A stretch of 63,690 bases of DNA, counting the filler, from Lenisia limosa (taxonomy: Eukaryota > Protista > Breviatea): NCBI GenBank assembly GCA_001655205.1. It is 19 parts of 19 records of this genome, joined end to end, with 100 filler letters (N's around TTAATTAATTAA, not from the genome) between each part and the next. Parts side by side here need not be neighbours in the genome. Positions count along the whole stretch, not along the records: positions 1 to 4,707 come from LPNZ01010026.1; positions 4,808 to 8,425 come from LPNZ01006731.1; positions 8,526 to 18,029 come from LPNZ01004919.1; 16 more parts are not named here. One strand, 5' to 3'. The position numbers and the translations under genes were made by a program. How positions within the stretch are numbered: position 1 is the stretch's first letter; the number at the start of each line of letters is the position of its first letter. This document shows, piece by piece, positions 1-11,500 of the stretch. The notes beneath the pieces are model-generated. The model had not been told where the DNA came from and searched no databases. It was given only the letters and a program-made list of their open reading frames with translations.

Positions 1-540
1 TAAGAGTTACTGCTTTCCCCTTCGCAACATTCTTTATTGAATTAGTGTTTTTTTTGAAGACATTAAAAAAAAAGTGGACACAGTCATGTCCCTGGACACG
101 GTCATGTCCCCCCACCTATATGTCTGGGAGTGTGGGGTGGGGGATGAAAAGAATTTTGGCCTGAATTTACTGAATAAGGTGTTTTTGTACCCATTTTAAG
201 AATCAAGAATTTGAAAAATATTGATTTAGCTCTTTCATTTTATATTTGATGAAGGCGTAAAAAATCCTTGATCTGAGTCAACAAAAGATGAACCAATGTT
301 GATCAAAAAGTGTACAAAGTACAAAAACACCTGCTATTGAGGCCGTTAACAAATACAAATTCTTAAAAAATGTGGGAATTGGGGTCAAACACCTGCTGAA
401 TAAACAATTAAAATTGTCAAGAATTCAAAAAATTGAGTAAGTCACCAAGCAAATTTGACCAAGTACAAAAACACCTGCTGGGGTACAAAAACACCCGCTA
501 ATTTGAAACAAAAACACCTGCCAGTTACTTTGTCCCCGAA
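1..540. repeat. Array of ACAAAAACACCTG(CT) motifs in both orientations plus a GTGGACACGGTCATGTCCCC motif; possible DNA-transposon end with subterminal repeats
   Basis: The motif recurs at ~322, ~388, ~465, ~485 and ~508, and inverted at ~175-190. Bases ~68-120 match 25254-25290 in reverse complement. Confidence 0.45.
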
Positions 541-849
541 ACAACAAGAAAACCCTACCGTTGTGGTTGATGGCACTTGCGGGGGCGGCGATATTGAGGG
601 GAGCTATAAAGTGTGAATTTATGTTCTAAATACTGGGTATTACACTGTACACTTGGTATAATAATACATATGGGATATTGTGAAAGCAGAAATTCACCGG
701 ATTGACGGTCCATTGACACGCCAAAAACGGCTTCCCGATCCTTTTTTGTTGGACGTAAATTGCTAAATAATACGTTACTTGGAATGTCAACACGGATAAT
801 AAACCAGGAATGGTAAATTGTGACTCTTCACCAGAGGTTGTAGCAAGTT

Positions 850-1156
850 GTCGGAAACAGGGTGCAGTTAGGGAACAGCCCAACTCCAGTGGATTCCAAC
901 ACCTGAATATTCTTTGGATTTTACGTTCATCCAGGTGGCGTTCTTGGTAAGCAACACTCTTTGCTGTGACCCTTACGTTAAAAGTGTCAATTGAAGGAGT
1001 TGATTTCGGTAAAGAAAAACTCACCGGTATAATAACAAGCGAGGAAGCAGTGGGCTTAGCGCCTGATTGAAGTCGCAACAGATTTCCAGCAACAGTGTGA
1101 CTGATCTGAGAATTGAACCTTGTCTTAAACGGGAGAGGGTGACGGTGTGTACCACT
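850..1156 (-). CDS. Spliced exons of an unknown protein (partial)
   Basis: AG/GT-bounded open segment VHRHPLPFKTRFNSQISHTVAGNLLRLQSGAKPTASSLVIIP followed by GTGAG. No recognisable family. Confidence 0.3.
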
Positions 1157-2660
1157 ATGATAACATTTTATATAGTTTGCCGTAAAAATAAAGCATACCT
1201 TTAAATTGCAGTCATAGTACTGTAGATCGTTAGTTGGGCAAATTTACTCTTGTCATTTCTCTTTGCAAATTGAGACTAGGGCAGCACGCAAACTTCTTTT
1301 CTTCTAAGAGTTCTTTCACTGGAAGAACAAGAGTGCTGGGACCAGCTCATGGGCCTATTACTTGAGCGTGTAAGGCGGCACCATGGTCGCGGAAGCCGGG
1401 ACCATGGGCCCATGGACCCACTTTCGGGCATTTCCAGAAGGGGAGATTTTTTGGGGAAATGAAAGAAATCTCAAACACACAGGATCAGCATGGCGGTCAA
1501 GCACGGCTGATGGAGTTGACGGATAAACGTTGTCGAGATGTTGCTTGTCGTACCCGTACCCCGACCGAACCGCTCTCTTCTTCTGTAAATTTTAAAAAAT
1601 GTTTAAATAAAGCTTGCTGACCTGGAGCGCTGAAGCTGACTTAAGAAGTACTACATGACCCAAGGAAGGAAAAACAACAGCCGGGCGATTGCCATTACGG
1701 AGTGTGCGGATAATAACTTCTTTCAGTGCCAAAGTTATCTAAGAGAGAAAAAAAAAACCTTGAAGGTGCTCACAAATTCATTATATTTCAGGTCAGATTG
1801 AACTTCAGTCATTCTTCTGCTCTGGATTTATGGATAATTCCGCAGGGTAATTTTCCATATGAAACAACTTCGGGTTCATCTTTTTTCAAAATGCTCATTT
1901 CATATTATGACAACGCACAACTAGCACTGCCATATTGTTTATATATTGCATTTTTTTTGCCTCATCGTCTCGGTTAGTCACATTCCTGGCTATTTTGACC
2001 CCCCTTTTTAAGAAATTTCAAGTCTGTACTGTTTTATATCAAAAACTACGCTGCGGAATTATCACAAAAATTTTAATTACTAACACAATTGTTCAATTGT
2101 TTTTGCGAAATACAAAAAGGACTGAACCACCTCAATAATACTGAAACGGTCCGGTGTTGTATCTCTTTGTTTTTAGACATTTAGAAGAAGGGAGAAAAGA
2201 TGAGAGTTCTCATAAGAGGAGCAATTTTCAACCAATTATTCATAGGGTTGTTCAAATAATATCGCCGATTAAGAGAAAATATGATATATCTTATAAATAC
2301 TGACACATATCCACTAGTGATATGATCATTTGACCGACTTACGGGTCGAAATGATAACGAAGATATCACGAAGGTTCATTCCAAGTGTATCAGAGTGTCA
2401 TTGAGACTTGTTCACACAAGTGTAATGAGTTATTCATATCACTGTGTCGAAAATGATAGTGCACACGTGTGCAAATAACCAAAAAGCGATGTTTTTGTTG
2501 ATTATTTGGAAACAAAATATGTAAAACACCAAATATATTTGTATATTTGTGGATTATGCTCTATTTGGAATTTTTGTGATTGAAAGTTAATTCACAAGTT
2601 TTACTACCTGAAGTACCCTTTTGGAAGATGAAGTAAGCAAAAATACTGTTCTACACCCAG

Positions 2661-3956
2661 GACAAGTACGTGCGTAGATATTTTTCCAAGATTATCGAAA
2701 ATACTGAGGAGCTCAAGCCTAACCGCAAGAGACCCTGCAGCGACAACCAAGGAGGTATCCTTGTTCCTACCACCACCGTCATACCAAGCTTAAGAAACCT
2801 CAAAAGAAGAAAAGACGTTCATTTTAGTAAATCAATACATATTCTTTTATTGTTTGTTACGGTTACTTGGCACTTGTTTGCCATTAACTACAGTTAACAA
2901 CAATTTCAAGTTTATTCTCCAAAATTCAAAAGTGACGGGATATCCCAAAACAACGGGGTTTTGGCGTACGAGCATATGATATAGTGTATATATCATATTA
3001 TTATTACCCTTTTATACTAATTTCTTCAGACAATCTCTTCCAGTTCCACCATTGACTGAGTCCTACGCACTTCGCAAGCCAAGGAGGAGTTACACCAGCG
3101 TATTTACATGAGATATAATACTCATTATCTATTATACGGTACACGCTACATCACGACTTATGATGTCAAATATACTGTATATTGATGAAGAAAATCCCAG
3201 CGTAAGCCAAAATTTTATTGACAGCAATGTAATTGAATAATTGAAAGGGGACGAGTTTGTCAACACGGCCGCGGTTGTCATGAGTGTCATCTAGCACGAT
3301 GTGAGAAGAGGGGTACAATGTCTGATAGAGAGTGAAATCTCTGAATATTTTATATAAATATGATGTTGTATTATTAGGACAAAAAAATCTGTTCTGTGAC
3401 AACAAAAACGAGAGAGGGAAGAGAGAGACCACAGAAATACCACAAAAAAGGGGATGGGGGATTTACCCCCTGATTTTCCTCCTAAAACCCTTTCCCCAAA
3501 CCCCCAACATACCTTTAATTTGGGCAACTCTGTCATTGCGTCACGCGCGGCTTCTAGGTGAGCATTGGGAGTTGGAAGGCGGATGGAGTCCCGTTTCCTC
3601 GTTGTGCTTTGAGAGTAAGGTAATCTGAAAGCAATGGCATTTTACGGAGTTATTATCTATACTAATGCGTAAACCCCCCAAAAAAACATAAAATATTATT
3701 ATAGTGTCCCATAAATACTTGAAAATATATATGATATGATATACTATGTATGTTTCATATCAAATCATCATGACATGCATCATTTCGTATTTTGAATGGC
3801 ATTTTTTTATTGTTTAGATTTTCCAACATACACAAGCCTTTTCGAGGAGAAGACACAACCGCTGCGGCTCAAAACGCAAAAAAGGCAAAGGCTGAAGCCA
3901 AAACCAAAAAACAGCGGATCATTGACGACACCCCCACAGCAAATCAGATGTTTGGT
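2661..3956 (+). CDS. Multi-exon hypothetical protein
   Basis: AG/GT-bounded segments DKYVRRYFSKIIENTEELKPNRKRPCSDNQG, SLPVPPLTESYALRKPRRSYTS and PFRGEDTTAAAQNAKKAKAEAKTKKQRIIDDTPTANQMF. Frame linkage is not resolved. Confidence 0.35.
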
Positions 3957-4586
3957 ATGAATTGTGTTCTGTTTTGGCCTTTTGTATTTTTTTTTGAATA
4001 ATATTACTTTCAAATTGCACTGTTATAATGACGTGCTAACTATGTGTTATGGCCATTTAATGAGCGAACTCTAATGATATTGAATGTCTCACATAGGGGC
4101 GTAGTCATATTTATATATCATATATTTTACATATATATACTATATCACACCGTCCAGAAATATGTGAAATTTTCTGATATATGTGAAAAAATTTTAAAAT
4201 CTTGTTTTCATGATTATTTCATGCTTCTGACACTTTTTACATTGCTCTGAGGGCGCCATGTGTTTTTTCTGAATAAAACCTAAAATCACAATAACTATTT
4301 TACAACTTTGTCAAATATTTGAAGAAAAAAACATGTATTATCCCCCAAAAAATTCAAAAACTACACAGTAATAAATTTTACATGATATTGCCACGCGTTC
4401 TTCTTCCCATAGCTATATCATAAAGTTAATGATAAGTGACAAAATACCAATGGGGGGACAAGTACCAAGATCACTTGGACTCTCAGATGCAGAACTCACA
4501 CAATCATCACTTTCTAGAATATGAAAGGGAAAACTAAGCAAAAAAAAAACCTTCATTTTCATCAGGGTGAGCTTCCACACAACCAT

Positions 4587-4678
4587 TTCCTCTTCTCTTC
4601 CTTCCTCTTCCTCTTCCTCTTCCTCTTCCTCTTCCTCTTCCTCTTCTTCCGCCTCTTCCTCTTCCTACGCCTCTGCCA
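4587..4678. repeat. (CTCTTC)n simple repeat; one minus frame reads GRGVGRGRGGRRGRGRG
   Basis: Hexamer tandem repeat read directly. Confidence 0.85.
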
Positions 4679-4751
4679 GCTTAAAAGTGTGAGCATAATA
4701 AGTGAAANNNNNNNNNNNNNNNNNNNNNNNNNNNNNNNNNNNNNNNNNNNN

Positions 4752-4763
4752 TTAATTAATTAA
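4752..4763. other. Artificial contig linker TTAATTAATTAA inside N runs; also at ~8470, 18074, 19415, 25359, 29854, 32532, 36202, 39772, 45235, 46640, 52017, 53447, 55582, 56877, 59260, 60580 and 62270
   Basis: Identical six-frame stop linker flanked by ~50 N on each side, seen 18 times. Confidence 0.97.
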
Positions 4764-5486
4764 NNNNNNNNNNNNNNNNNNNNNNNNNNNNNNNNNNNNN
4801 NNNNNNNGGGGGGGGGGGGGGTTAAAACAGCATTCTTACACGAACTTCAATTGTTGATCAAACAGCATTCTAACACCCAGGGCTTCCCTTCGGTATGAAA
4901 AAAACCAGTGAAATATTGATAATTTTCGAGAACTTATCGAGAAATTCAGTCTTTTTTCGGACCGAAGTGAAGCCCCACAACAGCAGCTCATTAACCTCTC
5001 ACACCATACTTTGTAAGGAACTCCTCACATAAACATTCACAAACAAACAACCCTCCCCACAAAAAATACCAATATAAGAGAATATCCTAAAAAAGCCTCT
5101 CACCCCTCAAACAAGACCAAAAATAATAAAAATATAATATCAAAATAAAGCAATAGAATTTCCAAACAAANNNNNNNNNNNNNNNNNNNNNNNNNNNNNN
5201 NNNNNNNNNNNNNNNNNNNNNNNNNNNNNNNNNNNNNNNNNNNNNNNNNNNNNNNNNNNNNNNNNNNNNNNNNNNNNNNNNNNNNNNNNNNNNNNNNNNN
5301 NNNNNNNNNNNNNNNNNNNNNNNNNNNNNNNNNNNNNNNNNNNNNNNNNNNNNNNNNNNNNNNNNNNNNNNNNNNNNNNNNNNNNNNNNNNNNNNNNNNN
5401 NNNNNNNNNNNNNNNNNNNNNNNNNNNNNNNNNNNNNNNNNNNNNNNNNNNNNNNNNNNNNNNNNNNNNNNNNNNNNNNNNNNNNC

Positions 5487-8338
5487 CAAGCCACAGATGA
5501 CGCATTCGGCTCTGTGTAGAGCGGCTTCTTCGTTTCCAGGTCGTACACAGTGCAATTGTTGTCCTCGTCCACTACCGCCAATTTACGACGACTACGGGCG
5601 TAAGAAAGATGAACTTTTTTTTGTGTAAAGCTAGAGGCTTTAGGTGTATGTGTGAAAAGTGAGTATGGCCCAAGTTTCAATTAGGGCTTCAATTCGGTTC
5701 GAAAAACCCCAGTAAAACATCGATTGTTTTCGAGGATTTATTGAGAAATTCCTTTTTTTTTGAACCGAAGTGAAACCATTGTTTCAATGCAAAGAATCTA
5801 CATCCTCCCTAGGGCTTCACTTCGGTTAAAAAAAAAAGAGACTGAATTTCTCGATAAATCCTCAACTATCGATATTTTCCGAACTGAAGTGAAGCCTTGA
5901 TCCTACCCCCCCCCCCCNNNNNNNNNNNNNNNNNNNNNNNNNNNNNNNNNNNNNNNNNNNNNNNNNNNNNNNNNNNNNNNNNNNNNNNNNNNNNNNNNNN
6001 NAAATGAGGGTGATCGGGAAGGCGTTATCAATGTAGACGGACATGACGTCACCGCTTCGGAGGCCGACAAGCAACCCCTCGCGGCCGGGCGGGCCTAATG
6101 ATCATCATTTGAATGATAAAATTGCCTTTAGAAAAAGGTGCGAAAGAGATAAATATGGCGTGATTCACGTTCAATATGACGCGCAAAACAGACTAGTGTG
6201 CTTCCGATATCCGAGGCAATTTTCCCATTTGAAAACCTGTTTTAGACATTATCCCCCACTCACCACCAACAACCTTGATGTAGCGAATAAGCGATTGTAA
6301 CATCCATTCACGCGCCAATGTCCCATCAAATGTGTAGAGCTGAAGACGTTTTTCCTGGGGGTGGGGGAGGGGAGTTAAATTGGAAAAATGTGAGACAATA
6401 AGCCCTTGTTGGCTGACAACATACGGGACGAAAGCAATAAAACAAACAAAGCTACCCTCACCTGGCACAATATGATGTGTTCGCTAGTGACAACAAGCAG
6501 GTTGCAGTCTAAGGCCTCTTCTACCGCACCGCATTGCACGTATTTGATGTCTGGTCAGAGGGTAAGAAAAAGAAGAAGAAGAGGAAGAAGAAGAGAGCAA
6601 CACCATTAACAAAAAAAAAAGAAGAAGATACTCACCACCAACCATTTGGGTCAGACGAGGTGGCCTCATATAACACCACTCTATCCTGGAGTTGGGCAGC
6701 GAGACGGTTCTTGTAGATGGCGATTTTGCGGACATATGATTGGCACTGAATGGGTGAGCGAAAAAAATAAAAGAGGTTTGATATTTTGTTCGATGGTGGC
6801 CAAATATATCCGGAATAGAATATTTATAGCAATGAGAAATAAATCAACAAAGTTGCATCTGACCGAAGCCATCCACATCATCACGCTTATTCTTGACCGA
6901 TTTGCTGTGCGATTTCTCAAAAAAAATCGGTCAAGACTTAACCTAGTCACTGTATGTATCCCCCCCCCCCNNNNNNNNNNNNNNNNNNNNNNNNNNNNNN
7001 NNNNNNNNNNNNNNNNNNNNNNNNNNNNNNNNNNNNNNNNNNNNNNNNAACGATAATGTCCGTCATGAAGTCCCTGTAGGCATAGCGATCCTGAGGGGAG
7101 GGGGTGAAATTGAAAAATTAATGAAATATAAAACAAAAATCAAATCAACTCTGGGAGGGGTAATACGTAATTTATGAAACAAAAAGTCCAAAATTAACTG
7201 TTAGTTGACACTATTATATTGTATATAATGTGTAAAAAAACACACTCATGAACATTAACATATCGCAATAAACATAAGTATTACATATATTGATAACATA
7301 AGAACATATACCCATGAATATATAAATAAAAAAATCCAAATGTAATCCACCCACTTGGAACAAGCCATGCACGGTTGAGAACATTAGCTGGTAGAGCACA
7401 ATAGAGCCGTCATTACAGCCGACAGCGACATAGTTCGACTTCGGCCTTGCCCGACAAGCCCAAATCCAGTCGTCTCTTTGGGCAATGGTTGTGAGTTCGA
7501 TTCCATCACGTGTCCATAGGGTGCACTGGCAACATTATGATAAATGAATGAAATTTCGCAATCATTCGCCTTACAACTCTGCACACAGCTTTCTGCGTGC
7601 CTCCCCAGCATATTATTTCACAATAATAATTAAAAAAAATGCTTGAAATAGGTTTCATAAAACTAACCCTCCTAACTACAAAACAAAAAAAACCCCGTTA
7701 ATTCAAGATATCAGATCCTGTAGTCTCTCTTTATCACTTTGTCACTTTCAGAAAAGCCCCCACCTTTCTGTCTGACCCTGACATGATCATATATTCGCCA
7801 TTGCTGAAGTGCGACACACAGCATGGGTCGTAGCCAAGGGACTTTTCTTTGCCCTGGGAAGTGTGATTATAATAATAGAGTACAAAGAAAAATAATAGCA
7901 ACAACAATTTGATCAAGAAAGAGACTTTTCTTTGCCTTAAGAAAGTACACAGTTGTGCAATGAGAACTAAAAAACAAGGATGTATCTGGTCAAGAGACTT
8001 TTCTTTGTATTGGGAAGGGTAAACAATATGATATGGTGAATTAGAAAAGAGACTTTTCTTTACCCCCAAAAGATTGAAATCATATGTTAAAATTATTGCT
8101 TTACCCCCCAAAAAAAAAACCAGGGAATGTCAACTATTGAAAGCAGGGCTTATCTTAAAATATCTATTTTCGAGGATTTTTCGAACCGAAGAAGAGATAA
8201 TCCCCCCACGATAGTTCTACCAGAAAGTTGGAAGAAGGCCAGCTTCTGACTCCAATCCGTGACCGCTAAAACGTCTCCATCTTCCCGGTTGGGGTTCCAT
8301 GAGAGCGACCAGACTGGGGCGGTTCGCTTGATTCTGAG
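5487..8338 (-). CDS. IFT122: Intraflagellar transport protein 122 (WD-repeat region, partial, about 9 exons)
   Basis: Exons 8210-8338 ([43 protein letters not shown]), 7764-7853 ([30 protein letters not shown]), 7355-7525 (..[25 protein letters not shown]), then [110 protein letters not shown] and [35 protein letters not shown]. These are colinear with IFT122 as I recall it. Confidence 0.95.
5810..5899. mobile_element. Family A hAT-type MITE
   Basis: TIR TAGGGCTTCACTTCGG..CTGAAGTGAAGCCTTG; flanks atcctccc/atcctacc (7/8 TSD). Confidence 0.8.
6355..6461 (-). repeat. Family D intron (complete 107-nt IFT122 intron made mostly of the shared block)
   Basis: GTGAGGGTAGCTTTGTTTGTTTTATTG..GTTGTCAGCCAACAAGGGCTTATTGTCTCACATTTTTCCAATTTAACTCCCC..CCAG. 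Confidence 0.75.
6888..6954. mobile_element. Family B Tc1/mariner-like hairpin MITE, abutting a family C copy
   Basis: TCTTGACCGATTT..AAATCGGTCAAGACTTA..GTCACTGTA. Confidence 0.7.
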
Positions 8339-8525
8339 CTGGGGGAGTGAGGGAAAAAAGTTCTCGTTTAATTTTTGTTGGAAAGGAAATACGAGTTGAA
8401 TTGAAAACTAAAGAGAAGATTAAATNNNNNNNNNNNNNNNNNNNNNNNNNNNNNNNNNNNNNNNNNNNNTTAATTAATTAANNNNNNNNNNNNNNNNNNN
8501 NNNNNNNNNNNNNNNNNNNNNNNNN

Positions 8526-11500
8526 CAGTCAGCCTAGCCGCCGCATCGAAGGTGCCTGCACTCTCAAGACGGCCCGCTGACTCCCTCACTGCCGATTCGT
8601 ACCTGGGGGAGGATATATAAGGTTATATACTAGTACAATCATATATATAAGATATATAGGGAGAGGGGGTTTAAGGGTGTATTATAGTATTATATGTGCA
8701 TACATATTATGGTTGATTACGGTATATGAGATAACGAATACTTTTTAAACCAAATAACATCGAGAATCAACTCTGTTGGTACAGCATTTATTATCCACAC
8801 AAGGGTTGAAAACAAAAGAAGCAAAGCTCAGATCAGTATTTATGGTTATGAAAGAGATATCAAATTGGGTTTGTTGGGGGAGTACATGAGCATATATTAT
8901 GTTATATGAGCGGATCCCCCCCCCCCCCNNNNNNNNNNNNNNNNNNNNNNNNNNNNNNNNNNNNNNNNNNNNNNNNNNNNNNNNNNNNNNNNNNNNNNNN
9001 NNNNNNNNNNNNNNNNNNNNNNNNCCCCCATTAATTGATACATCTAATATTCCTGTCCTTTAAATAAACTTCCACCAACACTTCCCGTAGTCCAATAAAA
9101 GGACCGAATCCCTCGATAAACCCTCGATAAATATCGATATTTAAAGGGTATTAGGGAAGTCCTAACTGCCACCCCCAACCTAGCAGTTTCAAGCATGGTC
9201 CTGAACATCCATCTGTGGGTGCTGAGGTCCTCTCCTCTGCTGCCCTCAACAATTCGGTTTACAGCAGCTGTGGCGGTAAGGGGATTGGAAAATTTATGTA
9301 TGAAACAAAAAATAAAAAAAAGCCCACGACACACGAGGGTTGAATACAACAAAAAAACAAAGCCCAGCCAGTCGCTTCAGCAGCACCGCATCCCATCACT
9401 CCTCAGCGAATAATTGAAGATTCAAAAACAACAACAACAACAAAGATACCAACTCTGTTGGCATGGCATTTGAGAACCACAGGGGATTAAACACAAAAAC
9501 AAACTAGGACAGTCAAAGGCACGTATCAGTATGCAGTAGGAGATGGAGAAGAAAGAGAGTAATCATATGCATTGTAGAGATGAAAAATAAAACAAGTTTG
9601 TACTGTATCTGAAGCCTTCCACACCATCACGTTTAGATGAGAAACCGGATTATAGTATCTGAGAGTTATTAAGACAGCCCCCCCCCCTCTCACCGGAAAG
9701 TTGTACAGAACCAATCATGCGTCTCAGTACATTGCCTGCCAAGGGGCCTAGTTCGTCCAAAACTCGACGGTAGTACTCTTTTCAAGTTAAATAGTAGGGC
9801 AAATTTCGATAGGAGTGTTACAAAGTGAAGCTTTCCGACCATGAACGCAGATAGCAATAATTAGAGGAACATATTTTGTATTATGGAGGGGGATTGGGGG
9901 GGGGGGGGAANNNNNNNNNNNNNNNNNNNNNNNNNNNNNNNNNNNNNNNNNNNNNNNNNNNNNNNNNNNNNNNNNNNNNNNNNNNNNNNNNNNNNNNTTA
10001 GATTTTGGATCAATAAAGGTGTTGAATTATTTTGTATTGTGTAACCAAGAAAACCTTCTCAAAACCCCAATAATTCCGGACGCGGATGGCCGTCACCCTA
10101 TATGATATCGATAAAGGTCCTGGATACCTATTTTGTATTAGCCTTGGGCTGTAGCTAGGGCTTCAGTTGGGTTCGAAAAAAAGACTGAAAATTTCGATAA
10201 ATACTCAAAAACTATCGATAATTTACCAGTATTTTTCGAACTGAAATGAAGCCCTAGGCGTAGCTGACCAATGAAACCAAAGCCAATAGCCACTCGCATT
10301 ATGATATCAGTAGCCCTCTGTCCCACTTTCGTCTAGTGTGTGCTTGAGCGAAGAGGCCTTGTTAAGCGCCTGGCGAACTGCTCTGCGACTACAGCGTCAA
10401 GGGGGGGGGGGGGNNNNNNNNNNNNNNNNNNNNNNNNNNNNNNNNNNNNNNNNNNNNNNNNNNNNNNNNNNNNNNNNNNNNNNNNNNNNNNNNNNNNNGG
10501 AGGGAGGGGAGTAAGTGCAGAGCTTCCCTTCGGTCCCATAAAAAAAGACTAAATTCTCGATACTCATAACCATAATTAACACCCAATGCACACATCAGAC
10601 TATGATAGCTCTTTTCCCGCCAATAATTTTCCCTTACACCCCAACCTCCAACCTTGCAATAATAAGGTCCAGCACCCGGAACCAAAGGTCTCTATCGTCT
10701 TCGTGTTTCTAATCAAGTCATTCGGAAGGAATCGGAAATGATAGAAATGATCGAAATAAAAAAGAGGTGTCTGCCAAAGCTGTCCATTCCAATCATTTGC
10801 CAGCTGATATTGACAATAATTCACTCAATCACCATAAAAATTCGAAAGCACAGCTAGGATTAGATTCATGAAATGGAATAAATACACGACGGAAAGCTAG
10901 AAAAGGTATGATGATCATGCGATTGTACCACACTGGTATTATGAACTTTTGCAATTATTGGAGTGAAGACATTCTAAACACTTCCAAAATGGGCTAGTAT
11001 TGATGAAGTTGGCCTTAAATCAAGTGATCAATTGTCACGCATATCAACATCAAAATGCCCCATCCCCCCAGCGAACCACGCGTCGATGTGCCAATGAAAT
11101 TGCATGATCGAGCATTGTCTCCAGTGTTTTGAACGCATTCTCAAACTAAACTATTAGGAAGGGGAAAACGTCAAAACTACCAAAGCAACGTAGGCTCTTT
11201 GATGCTTTTTTCAAATGAGCTAATATCACATGCAATATTATATACATGCTATATGCATATACTATAATATTATATTATAAAGAGTATATATCAGAGTATA
11301 TATATCTCATATAGTATACTATGCAGAAATATACGTTGTAAAAAGGTTGTATTATGCTGAAGCCGTCCATACCCGACAGTAAATAGAATGTACAACCTCA
11401 CCTGTTCGTCATTGAGTGCCTCAAATGAATAGTTCTCCTGAAGAGTCACGTCACTGATGCGGTCTTGAATTGCCTAATAAGGTAAGTAAGGTGCCTAATA

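Noticed and set aside
626-1078. 150-aa minus ORF as an intact gene
   Set aside because: It starts at a non-ATG codon, contains a GTGAG donor near its start, and its tail resembles intron sequence.
6355-6461. U12-type introns suggested by TTCCAATTTAAC near acceptors
   Set aside because: None of the inferred donors has the U12 consensus (G/A)TATCCTTT.
10156-10256. Family A as a Tc1/mariner (TA-TSD) or bacterial IS element
   Set aside because: The TA belongs to the TIR; several copies show 8-bp TSDs, which indicates hAT.
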